Positions 9,624 to 17,955 of a stretch of 64,000 nt of DNA are shown piece by piece (the stretch's first letter is position 1; each line of letters begins with the position of its first letter). Both the position numbers and the translations under genes were made by a program. This DNA comes from Candidatus Nealsonbacteria bacterium (GTDB lineage: Bacteria; Patescibacteriota; Minisyncoccia; Minisyncoccales; PWPS01), in the NCBI GenBank assembly GCA_003560665.1, contig PWKK01000023.1:110417-174416 (forward strand), read 5' to 3'. The notes beneath the pieces were generated by a model, which saw only the letters and a list, made by a program, of their open reading frames with translations, had not been told where the DNA came from and did no database searches.

Positions 9624-10433
9624 ATGGATAATCTTATTCTTCCAACAAAAAATACGTGGTGTCCCGGTTGTGGGAATTTCGGGATTCAAAACGTGCTCAG
9701 AGAAGTAATATCACAAAACGACAGAGAGAAAACAGTTTTAGTTACCGGAATCGGATGTCACGGGAAAATAGCCGATTACTTTAACGTAAACAGTTTTTAC
9801 TCTCTGCACGGAAGAGCTATTCCTTCTGCTGTGGGGATAAAAATGGGAAACGAAGAGTTACAGGTGATATGCTCTGTGGGAGACGGTGATGCTTACAACG
9901 AAGGGATAGCCCATCTTATCCACGCTGCAAAAAGAAACTCCAACATCACCGTTGTTGTGCACAACAATCGTGTTTTTGCTTTGACCGTTAAACAAGCAAC
10001 CTCTACAAGCCCGAAAGAGTTTGTCGGAAGCACAACACCAAAAGGAGGAGTGGAGGAACCGATTAATCCGATGGATGTGATGCTTTCGACAGGAGCATCT
10101 TTTGTCGCCCGAGGATATGTCGGAAAGCCCGAACAGTTGACAAGAATTATATCCGAAGGGGTAAAACACCGAGGATTCTCTTTTATAGAAGTACTACAAC
10201 CCTGTGTTGCATGGCTTAACACTTATGAAAGCTATAACGAAAAAACATACGAGATGGAAGAAGAGTTTTTACCTTTACAAGAAGCAAGAGAAAAAGCAAG
10301 AGAGTGGGATTACAACAACGGAGGAGAAATCCCCCTCGGAGTTTTTTACCGAGAAGAAAAACCGACGATTGAAGAGCAGGTGGGAGAGGTTTCTTTTGTT
10401 GACACAAAAGAAATACTTGAAAAAAGCAAATAA
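9624..10433 (+). CDS. 2-oxoacid:ferredoxin oxidoreductase beta subunit (TPP-binding)
   Basis: WCPGCG, GIGC, HGRA, GDGD..NN, LQPC. Confidence 0.93.
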   Translation: MDNLILPTKNTWCPGCGNFGIQNVLREVISQNDREKTVLVTGIGCHGKIADYFNVNSFYSLHGRAIPSAVGIKMGNEELQVICSVGDGDAYNEGIAHLIHAAKRNSNITVVVHNNRVFALTVKQATSTSPKEFVGSTTPKGGVEEPINPMDVMLSTGASFVARGYVGKPEQLTRIISEGVKHRGFSFIEVLQPCVAWLNTYESYNEKTYEMEEEFLPLQEAREKAREWDYNNGGEIPLGVFYREEKPTIEEQVGEVSFVDTKEILEKSK

Positions 10434-10445
10434 TATAATTCAAAC

Positions 10446-11651
10446 ATGAAACCGAAAGCAGTTATTTTAGCCGCTGGATGGGGAACAAGGTTAAGACCGC
10501 TTACTCTCGGGAGGCCGAAGCCGGCAATCCGTCTTTTAGGAGAAACTCTTGTCGAGCATAACCTAAGAGAACTTTCCGGGCTGATAGATGAGGCGGTAAT
10601 CGTTGTTGGCTATAAAGATGAAGTTATTAAGGAGAAAATGGGGGAAAGTTTTGCCGGGATAAAAATAAAGTATGTTCACCAAGATGAACAGCTCGGAACG
10701 GGGCACGCCGCCAAAGTTGCTCTTCCGTTTTTAGGCGAAGAGTTTTTGATTCTAAACGGTGACGATCTTTATCTGCGAGAGGATATTGAAAAGTGTTTAG
10801 AAAAGAATCCTTCTATTCTTGTAAAAGAGGTTGTTGAACCATCAAGATATGGGCAGGTTTCTGTAGAAGGAGGTGCGGTTAAAGAAATAGTGGAAAAACC
10901 CGCAACGAAAGTAAGTGACCTTATTAATGTTGGATGTTATTATCTAAACAAGTCTTTTTTTGAAAAAGAAATTGAAAAATCTTCTCGAGGAGAGTACGAA
11001 ATCGTTGATTTTTTAAAGTTCTTTATCAAAGAAAAAAACAGCCTTTATTATGCTTTGGCAAAAAAATGGATGCCGGTTACCTATCCCTGGAGCATTCTTG
11101 ACGCAACAGAAGAAATTTTCCGGGAAAGAGAGAGTAGAAAAGAAGGGGTTGTTGAAAAAGGAGCGTTTGTTAACGGGAAGATAATAATGGAAAAAGGAAG
11201 TGTTCTAAAAAGTGGGAGTGTAATCGACGGTCCTGTCTATATCGGGAAAGGCACGGTAGTCGGTCCCAATACCTATATTAAGGGGCCTACAGCGATTCAC
11301 GATAATTGTTTTGTCGGTGCCGGAGTAGAAGTACAAGAATCGGTTATCTTTTCGGGAACGCAAGTCCCTCATTACGCTTTTATCGGTGATTCCGTTATTG
11401 GTGAAAACTGTCTTGTCGGTGCGGGAGTTGTGTTGATAAACTTTCTTTTTGGTGGAGATGTTATCTGGGCAAAAGTTAAAGGTAAAAAAATAAGCACGGG
11501 AAGAGAAAAGATGGGAACGGTCATTGGAAACAATGTAAAGATCGGCCCCAATGTTTCCGTGATGCCGGGAGTAATGATTGCCGACGGGACAACGGTTTAT
11601 CCTAATATGCTGGTAAGGGAGAATGTTGGGGAGAATACGAGGTATGAATAG
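10446..11651 (+). CDS. Bifunctional sugar-1-phosphate nucleotidylyltransferase/acetyltransferase (archaeal GlmU-like)
   Basis: AVILAAGWGTRLRPLT..PKP, LGTGHA, C-terminal hexapeptide repeats. Confidence 0.85.
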   Translation: MKPKAVILAAGWGTRLRPLTLGRPKPAIRLLGETLVEHNLRELSGLIDEAVIVVGYKDEVIKEKMGESFAGIKIKYVHQDEQLGTGHAAKVALPFLGEEFLILNGDDLYLREDIEKCLEKNPSILVKEVVEPSRYGQVSVEGGAVKEIVEKPATKVSDLINVGCYYLNKSFFEKEIEKSSRGEYEIVDFLKFFIKEKNSLYYALAKKWMPVTYPWSILDATEEIFRERESRKEGVVEKGAFVNGKIIMEKGSVLKSGSVIDGPVYIGKGTVVGPNTYIKGPTAIHDNCFVGAGVEVQESVIFSGTQVPHYAFIGDSVIGENCLVGAGVVLINFLFGGDVIWAKVKGKKISTGREKMGTVIGNNVKIGPNVSVMPGVMIADGTTVYPNMLVRENVGENTRYE

Positions 11652-11750
11652 TTTTAAGTTTTAGCGCAGAAAGAACCTAAATCTCAAAATAAAGACATAA
11701 AGAGAGCAAAGGTATATAGAAATAAATTTTGAAGTTTTAATTTTTATATC

Positions 11751-12671
11751 ATGTATGTAATCGGTGTTGATGGTGGGGGAACAAAAACAGAAAGTATGGT
11801 CGCCGACATGAAAGGAAAAATTATTGCAACAGGAGTAGCGGGGCCCTCTAATCCAAGAAACGTTGGAATTGAAAAAACAGTTCTTAATATTACGGAAGCG
11901 GTGAAGAAATCGTTTTCGAGAATTGAAAGTAAAGATATATTCTCTATTTTTGTAGGCATACCAGGGTTTGCAGAGGAATATGGCGAAAAGGAAGAAGAAA
12001 TTAGAGAAAAATTGGCAAAAAGGGTAAAAGACTTTTCTGTAAATGAAGAGAATATTAATATCGGGAGCGATCAAGAAGTTGCTTTTAGGTCGGGTACCGA
12101 TAAAAAAGAAGGAGCGGTTGTCATTTCCGGAACAGGGTCTGTTACAAGAGGATGGAGAGGAAAAAAAGACGTAAAAACGTCAGGATGGGGATGGCTTGTA
12201 GATGGAGGAGGCGCTTTTCAGGTGGGGCAGAAGGGACTTAAAAAGACAGTGGAAGCACTCGATGGAAGAATTAAAAAATCAATCCTGACAGACTTGTTGT
12301 TGCAGAAATTTAACGCGCAAAACATCAACGATTTAAACAAAATAATCTACCAAGAAAATCCAATAGAAAAAATTGCCCCCTTTTCTCTGGTTGTCAGTGA
12401 AGCAGCGGAGAGAGGAGATGAGGTTGCAAAGAATATACTTTTTGAAAGTAGCAACTATTTGGTGGAAGCTACAAAAAATACAATTAACCAGCTTCAATTC
12501 AAAGCAAAATTCCCTCTTGTTTTGGTAGGAGGAATGTTTAAGTCAGGTATTTTTCTTTCTTTTTTTAAAAAAGAAGTTTCTTCTTTTTGTCCGAAGGCGG
12601 ATATAATTTTACCAAAAAATAGCCCGACGATAGGAGCGGTGAAAATCGCTATTGAAAAAATTAATGGTTAA
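11751..12671 (+). CDS. BadF/BadG/BcrA/BcrD family sugar kinase (GlcNAc/MurNAc kinase-like)
   Basis: GVDGGGTKT, ISGTGS, GWGWLVDGG, LVGGMF. Confidence 0.85.
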   Translation: MYVIGVDGGGTKTESMVADMKGKIIATGVAGPSNPRNVGIEKTVLNITEAVKKSFSRIESKDIFSIFVGIPGFAEEYGEKEEEIREKLAKRVKDFSVNEENINIGSDQEVAFRSGTDKKEGAVVISGTGSVTRGWRGKKDVKTSGWGWLVDGGGAFQVGQKGLKKTVEALDGRIKKSILTDLLLQKFNAQNINDLNKIIYQENPIEKIAPFSLVVSEAAERGDEVAKNILFESSNYLVEATKNTINQLQFKAKFPLVLVGGMFKSGIFLSFFKKEVSSFCPKADIILPKNSPTIGAVKIAIEKING

Positions 12672-12676
12672 AGAAC

Positions 12677-13933
12677 ATGCACGAAAATATAAGGAAAAGT
12701 GATAAAGAGGTTTATGATATCCTTTTAAAGGAAGAAAAAAGAAAAGAGGATACACTGGAAATGATTCCTTCGGAAAATCACACCTCACCGGCGGTTCTTG
12801 AGGCACTTTCATCTGTTTTTAACGATAAATACGCAGAAGGATACCCCAAAAAAAGATATTACGGAGGAAACGAGCATATCGATGAGGTGGAGATTTTATG
12901 TCAAGAAAGAGCGAAAAAGATTTTCGCCGTTCCTTTTGCCAATGTACAGCCCTATTCGGGATCACCGGCGAATCAGGCCGTTTATTTTGCCACCTTAAAT
13001 CCAGGAGAAAAAGTTTTGGGGATGCATCTTAGCGCTGGAGGGCATCTTACTCACGGGTGGAAGGTTAATTTTTCTGGCAAATATTATGATTCTGTTTTCT
13101 ACGGAGTAAACGAAAGGACAAGCAGAATTGATTACGAAGAAGTTGGAAAGATTGCAAAAAAAGAACGCCCAAAGTTAATTTTTGCGGGAACCACCTCTTA
13201 TCCTCGTTTTTTGGACTTTAAGAAGTTCCGTGAGATTGCCGACAGTGTGGGAGCTTATCTTTGCACGGATGTTTCTCATATCTCGGGGCTGATTGTTTCC
13301 GGGACACACCCCAGTCCAGCGGAACATGCACATATCATTACTACCACCACTCATAAAACACTTCGCGGGCCGAGAGGAGCCCTTATTATGACCACAAGAG
13401 CAGGAATAGAAAAAGACGAGGATTTACCCGAGAAGATTGATAAAGCGGTCTTCCCGGGGCTTCAAGGGGGTCCTCACGAGCACCAGATAGCGGCGATAGC
13501 GATTTGCCTAAAAGAAGCGATGAGCCCTGTTTTTAAAAAATATGGAGAACAGATTGTCGAAAACTCTAAAGCATTAGCAGAGGGACTGAGAGAAAGAGGA
13601 TTTTCTCTGATTTCGGGGGGAACCGATAACCACCTTTTGGTTGTTGATATGAGAAGCAAAGATATTTCTGGAAAGGAGACACAAGAACTTTTAGAAAGTG
13701 CGGGAATTGTTGTCAATAAAAACGCTATTCCGTTTGATCCGGAGCCTCCCTTTAATCCATCAGGTATTCGTCTTGGAACTCCTGCTGTTACCACCAGGGG
13801 GATGAGGGAAAGAGAAATGAAAGAAATAGCCGAGATGATTGCCGAAGTTGTCGAGAAGAAGGATGAAAAGACAGCGGTGGAGGTAGGAGAGAAAGTAAAA
13901 AAACTGTGTCATAAGTTTCCACTACGAAAATGA
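12677..13933 (+). CDS. glyA: Serine hydroxymethyltransferase
   Basis: PSEN, KYAEGYP, TTTTHKTLRGPRG. Confidence 0.97.
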   Translation: MHENIRKSDKEVYDILLKEEKRKEDTLEMIPSENHTSPAVLEALSSVFNDKYAEGYPKKRYYGGNEHIDEVEILCQERAKKIFAVPFANVQPYSGSPANQAVYFATLNPGEKVLGMHLSAGGHLTHGWKVNFSGKYYDSVFYGVNERTSRIDYEEVGKIAKKERPKLIFAGTTSYPRFLDFKKFREIADSVGAYLCTDVSHISGLIVSGTHPSPAEHAHIITTTTHKTLRGPRGALIMTTRAGIEKDEDLPEKIDKAVFPGLQGGPHEHQIAAIAICLKEAMSPVFKKYGEQIVENSKALAEGLRERGFSLISGGTDNHLLVVDMRSKDISGKETQELLESAGIVVNKNAIPFDPEPPFNPSGIRLGTPAVTTRGMREREMKEIAEMIAEVVEKKDEKTAVEVGEKVKKLCHKFPLRK

Positions 13934-14748
13934 TTTTAATGAACGGAAAAGAAATTGCCGAAAAGAAGTTTTTAAAACTTGAAAAAAGAATAAAACGAGA
14001 AGTTTCTTCTCCTTCTCTGGCGGTGGTAAGGATTGGGAAAAACGCTGTTTCCGATACCTATGTGCGTGTAAAAAAAAGAGAGTTGGAAAAGAGAGGAGTC
14101 AATGTTTCAGTGTACAGCTTTAAAGAAGACGTTAAGGAAAATGATTTACGAGAAAAAATAAAGGAGCTTAAAGAAGATGGGGTAATCGTACAACTTCCGA
14201 TACCCTCTCTTTTGGACAGAGAAAAAGTGTTAAATGCTATTCCTGAAAAGAAGGATGTGGATTTTCTTTCTTCTGGTGCTTGCGGAAAGTTTTACAAAGG
14301 AATCAGCCGAACGAATCCCCCGGTAGTGGGGGCTGTCAAGACACTTCTTCGGGAAAACGGTTTTTCGATAAAGGGGAAAACAGTGGCTTTAGTTGGAGCG
14401 GGTGAGCTTGTTGGGAAACCATTATCAGTGTTTTTTATAAGGGAAGGAGCTACCGTTTCTGTGATGAACAAAAACACGGAATATTTAAGTTTTTTTACTT
14501 TGCATGCGGACGTGGTCGTTTCCGGGGCCGGTGTTCCCGGCTTAATTACTGGGGAAATGATAAAAGAGGGTGCGGTAATTATTGATTGTGGAACGAGTAA
14601 TTCTTCAGGAAAAATCAAGGGGGATGTTGATTGGGAGAGCATTAAGATGAAAGACGGTTATTTTGCTCCTGTTCCCGGAGGAGTGGGACCACTTACCGTG
14701 TATCACTTGGCAAACAACTTGTTGCAACTAAAGACTGATAAAAAATGA
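13930..14748 (+). CDS. folD: Methylenetetrahydrofolate dehydrogenase/cyclohydrolase
   Basis: YVRVK, VQLP, KDVD, PVPGGVGPLT. Confidence 0.93.
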   Translation: MILMNGKEIAEKKFLKLEKRIKREVSSPSLAVVRIGKNAVSDTYVRVKKRELEKRGVNVSVYSFKEDVKENDLREKIKELKEDGVIVQLPIPSLLDREKVLNAIPEKKDVDFLSSGACGKFYKGISRTNPPVVGAVKTLLRENGFSIKGKTVALVGAGELVGKPLSVFFIREGATVSVMNKNTEYLSFFTLHADVVVSGAGVPGLITGEMIKEGAVIIDCGTSNSSGKIKGDVDWESIKMKDGYFAPVPGGVGPLTVYHLANNLLQLKTDKK

Positions 14749-15275
14749 ATGTTGACAAAGCAGTATTTCTATTTTTAAACGATTTTACGGGAAGGTATTT
14801 TTACCTTGATTTTGTCTTTTATTTTTTCGCCGCTATTGCTCCTTATATAATAGTTTTTTTACTTTTGTTTTTTTTAGTGCGGAACTGGAAAAAGAACGGA
14901 TGGTTTGTAGGGGAGGTTCTTTTTACCGGGTTTTTTGCACGCTACGCATTGGTAGAACTGGTGCGTTACTTTTTTCCTCGTATCAGACCTTTTCGAGCGC
15001 TAGAAGATGTTAATCTTCTTCTCCCTTACAAAGAAACCCTTTCTTTTCCTTCTGGCCATACCGCTTTTCTTTTTGGTGTCTCTACCGCTGTCTATTTTTA
15101 CAATAAAAACTTAGGCATTGTTCTTTACGTTTTTTCTTTTTTGATGAGCAGCTCAAGGGTTTTTGCAGGGACCCACTGGCCGATGGACGTTTTGGCTGGG
15201 GCGTTGGTTGGTATTTTTGCAGGTCTTTTTATCAGTGAAATATCTCTTTTTATAAGAAGAAAGGTTGAAGAATAA
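14745..15275 (+). CDS. PAP2 family phosphatase (undecaprenyl-pyrophosphate phosphatase BcrC-like)
   Basis: RIRP, SFPSGH, SRVFAGTHWPMDV; multiple TM helices. Confidence 0.9.
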   Translation: MNVDKAVFLFLNDFTGRYFYLDFVFYFFAAIAPYIIVFLLLFFLVRNWKKNGWFVGEVLFTGFFARYALVELVRYFFPRIRPFRALEDVNLLLPYKETLSFPSGHTAFLFGVSTAVYFYNKNLGIVLYVFSFLMSSSRVFAGTHWPMDVLAGALVGIFAGLFISEISLFIRRKVEE

Positions 15276-15283
15276 TTAAAAAT

Positions 15284-15311
15284 TTGACAAAAAATTAAAA
15301 AGTCATATAAT
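15284..15311 (+). promoter_or_regulatory. Consensus sigma70 promoter
   Basis: TTGACA-16 bp-TATAAT. Confidence 0.75.
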
Positions 15312-15317
15312 ACAAGT

Positions 15318-15442
15318 GTTATGTTTAAAAAGTTCAGGAAACTTAGTCTCGTCGTGACTATCCCTTTGTAGGTGGAGGTTTCCTTTTCTAGAACTTTTAA
15401 GCGAAAACCTCCCTTCTTTAAAAAAGGGATTTGTTTTTTTGT
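15318..15442 (+). ncRNA. Unassigned structured RNA or attenuator ending in a terminator-like hairpin
   Basis: Stems 15323-35/15391-402, 15336-44/15376-84, 15344-48/15356-60; hairpin 15410-29 followed by a U tract. Confidence 0.5.
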
Positions 15443-15471
15443 CCTTCAGCCTAAGAGAAACAACTTTTATG

Positions 15472-15574
15472 CGGGAGGGGAAAAGAGGAATAGAAATTAT
15501 TCACGTTTTCAAAGCGTCAAATACCCTACGGCGCTTTGGTGAAGCTATTCCCCCTCCCGACCAAAAAAGGAGGG
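15472..15574 (+). promoter_or_regulatory. Long irregular hairpin whose 3' arm can alternatively pair with a downstream AGGAGG
   Basis: cgggagggg/cccctcccg, gaatag/ctattc, ttcac/gtgaa, aaagcgtc/ggcgcttt. Confidence 0.5.
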
Positions 15575-15622
15575 TAAAGTTCTTTGTTAAAATACAACAA
15601 TACACCAAAGGAAGGGAAAAGA

Positions 15623-15805
15623 ATGGATGAGACAAGAAAAAAGATTGCCAAGCTCCGGGAAGAACTATCAAAAATAGAAATAGAGGAGAAACATTTGATC
15701 TCAAAAGAAGAGAAAAACCATGCCGACTGGTACCGACTGCGGTGGCTGACAACAGAAAAAGAAAGAAAAAAAGAGGAGATAGAGGAATTGAAGGGAATTA
15801 TATAA
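15623..15805 (+). CDS. Small coiled-coil hypothetical protein (alternative TTG start at 15584)
   Basis: Purine-rich RBS before both candidate starts; heptad-like K/E/L pattern. Confidence 0.55.
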   Translation: MDETRKKIAKLREELSKIEIEEKHLISKEEKNHADWYRLRWLTTEKERKKEEIEELKGII

Positions 15806-15844
15806 GTTTTTAATCTGATAAGCTGAGCGAAAGGAGGCGAGAAA

Positions 15845-16204
15845 ATGAGTTTTCCGAGAACCGAACGGGACCACAAATACCTTTCCGGCATCCTCACTAA
15901 CTTCATTGCACTGAGAGATAAACTTGAAAAAGCAAGAAAGGAGAAGAGTGAGTGCGAAGAGGAGCTAAGAAAAGAAATGAGTAAATTCGACGAACTGCTG
16001 GCAAGTCCTCAAAAATATTGTCGAACAAAACGTTATCGCCTAAGATTAACACTTGATCGCATTGAACTCTTGACAAAGAAAAGGGAAGTGGCCATTGACA
16101 AGGTAAAAAAGTACGGGTATCACCATACTAGAGCAGCATGGAGTTTAAGGGGAGCTCCAGTTGACAACGGTATGCGTCAGGAAGACTTGTATTATGTATA
16201 TTAA
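15845..16204 (+). CDS. Basic helical hypothetical protein
   Basis: AAAGGAGG RBS; terminator directly after the stop. Confidence 0.7.
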   Translation: MSFPRTERDHKYLSGILTNFIALRDKLEKARKEKSECEEELRKEMSKFDELLASPQKYCRTKRYRLRLTLDRIELLTKKREVAIDKVKKYGYHHTRAAWSLRGAPVDNGMRQEDLYYVY

Positions 16205-16208
16205 AGAC

Positions 16209-16245
16209 AAAGCCCGGTATATTTCTAATACCGGGCTTTCTATTT
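16209..16245. terminator. Intrinsic terminator, probably bidirectional
   Basis: Perfect 12-bp stem aaagcccggtat/ataccgggcttt between convergent units. Confidence 0.8.
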
Positions 16246-16357
16246 AAATCTTGGCCAGTCAAATGATTTTTTATTTCCAAGAAAAATTTAAGCAGCTCTG
16301 AAATTATTTATACAACACTAAATAAAGAATTGTTGTTTCCTGATAATTTGTTTTTTG

Positions 16358-16441
16358 TGCCCGAGGAGAGACTCGAACTCTCAAGGTGTTGCCACCAGCG
16401 GATTTTGAATCCGCCGCGTATACCAATTCCGCCACTCGGGC
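16358..16441 (-). tRNA. tRNA-Leu(CAA)
   Basis: Cloverleaf with GCGGA-UUCAAAA-UCCGC anticodon arm, long variable arm, GUUCGAGUC T-loop; CCA not encoded. Confidence 0.95.
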
Positions 16442-16444
16442 CAA

Positions 16445-17407
16445 TTATTTTTTAAATGGATTGTAAAAAACGTCTTTCTCTTCGTTTTTCGGATCTGCAC
16501 TAAAGAGATTTTTTGCAGAGCTGTAATTGTGCCTATGTACTTCCGGAGAACAATCTAAAACAGAAAAACGGTATTTTTTACGTAAAACCTCTTTCATTAT
16601 ATCATATGGGAGGCCATTATCGTCTAAATGAAAACGGTAATCGTGAAAAAACTGAGCATTTGGATGGTCAAAGCAGATATGTGAAATATTGTGAGGATAA
16701 ACATAAAGGGTGATTAACTGTAAGTGCTTCACACCAATTTTGTCTAAAAAAGGAAGCATGGCGAAAAGTTTTTTACGATGTTTTGGATAAGAGGGCTCCT
16801 CCACTGCGACAATAAAACCAAGTTTTACTGCCTCTTCCATATTTTTGTAAACTTTCTTTGAAAAATTAGAAGCGCTAAGATGAAACCTCAGCTCATCAAT
16901 GCCAGCATGTTTTAATCTTTTTAAAACTTCTTTACTTGCAAGGGTGCCGTTTGTATAAACTTTGTAGTAAGGCCTGCTCTCTGTTCTTTTTTCGATTTCT
17001 TTGAGTTCTTTCATTACTCTTTCCAATCCTTGCAAATTCAAAAGGGGCTCGCCGGCGGTAAAACCAATTATGTGCGGACCGTTTTCTCCATAGTCGGGGA
17101 AAAGAGAGCGTCTATAGACTTCTGCTATGCCGTTATCAATTTGTTTTTCCGATATTCTACCTTCCTTGGTTTTACTATCTAAATAGCAGTAGTTGCAATT
17201 CAGATTACACTCACTTCCCAGGCAAAAAGAGTAGTTGTATTTTGATCCAATAAAGCAGTTTCTACAACCGTAAGAGATTTTTCCGACATGAAAGCAGTGA
17301 TCGAGAAAGTTGCTTTGTATTCCTGAAATTGATTCTCTTTTTCTTCTTCTTTTATCTAAAACTTCTAAGGGGCTAACTATTTTAATTTTTTTGTTTTTGC
17401 CTTTCAT
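16445..17407 (-). CDS. Radical SAM protein (COG2108-like, uncharacterised)
   Basis: CNLNCNYC preceded by GCRNC; AGEPLL, YTNG, DELRFH. Confidence 0.9.
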   Translation of the reverse strand: MKGKNKKIKIVSPLEVLDKRRRKRESISGIQSNFLDHCFHVGKISYGCRNCFIGSKYNYSFCLGSECNLNCNYCYLDSKTKEGRISEKQIDNGIAEVYRRSLFPDYGENGPHIIGFTAGEPLLNLQGLERVMKELKEIEKRTESRPYYKVYTNGTLASKEVLKRLKHAGIDELRFHLSASNFSKKVYKNMEEAVKLGFIVAVEEPSYPKHRKKLFAMLPFLDKIGVKHLQLITLYVYPHNISHICFDHPNAQFFHDYRFHLDDNGLPYDIMKEVLRKKYRFSVLDCSPEVHRHNYSSAKNLFSADPKNEEKDVFYNPFKK

Positions 17408-17425
17408 AAATTTTAAACTAACACT

Positions 17426-17453
17426 ATTTTACTTGAAAATCGACTAATTGCAA
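17426..17453 (-). promoter_or_regulatory. Promoter of the radical SAM/tRNA-Leu unit
   Basis: TTGCAA-16 bp-TAAAAT on the minus strand. Confidence 0.5.
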
Positions 17454-17499
17454 ACAAAAGAGATACAGGAAGGGCTTAAAATGTCGGCAGAAAACGAAC

Positions 17500-17552
17500 T
17501 TGCAAAATAAAATTTTTTTGCTATATTAAAACCGACTACAAAGGTCTGAATT
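17500..17552 (+). promoter_or_regulatory. isc promoter with candidate IscR operator
   Basis: TTGCAA-16 bp-TATATT with extended TG, followed by AAAACCGACTACAAAGGTCTGAATT, resembling the IscR type-1 GACT-n6-GTC core. Confidence 0.55.
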
Positions 17553-17565
17553 AAAATATATCAAA

Positions 17566-17955
17566 ATGAAAGCAACAAAAAGGACCCAGTACGCCCTGCG
17601 GGCGATGATTAATCTTGCCGAAAGTGAAGGTGAGGTGTTGCCATTGAGATCTGTTTCCGAAAAAGAGGGTATTTCTTTTGATTATTTGGAAAAAATATTT
17701 TCCAAATTGGAAAAAGCATCTTTGGTAAATTCTAGGAGAGGCGCTACCGGAGGATATTTTCTTTCACGAGCTTCAGATAAAATTACACTGAAAGATATAT
17801 TTGATGCGGTGGAAGAAACCGTTTCCGTTGTTGACTGCATAGAAACAAAATGCCCCAGAGATAGCGGTTGCCGCGCTTCGGGGGCGTGGAAAAAAGTCAA
17901 TAAAAGGATAGAAGAAACGCTTTATTCAATTAAATTATCGGATTTAATAAAATGA
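17566..17955 (+). CDS. iscR: Rrf2 family regulator, IscR-like
   Basis: YALRAM, YLEKIF, SRRGATGGY, three C-terminal Cys; precedes iscS-iscU. Confidence 0.8.
   Translation: MKATKRTQYALRAMINLAESEGEVLPLRSVSEKEGISFDYLEKIFSKLEKASLVNSRRGATGGYFLSRASDKITLKDIFDAVEETVSVVDCIETKCPRDSGCRASGAWKKVNKRIEETLYSIKLSDLIK

Noticed and set aside
15349-15365. ZTP (pfl) riboswitch, suggested by GTCGTGACT near glyA/folD
   Set aside because: The following GGCG, the inner hairpin and the 3' CGCCUGGG pseudoknot strand are missing, and it lies downstream of the folate genes
15276-16357. Integrated element with att sites at the tRNA-Leu 3' end
   Set aside because: No duplicate of the tRNA 3' end and no integrase were found
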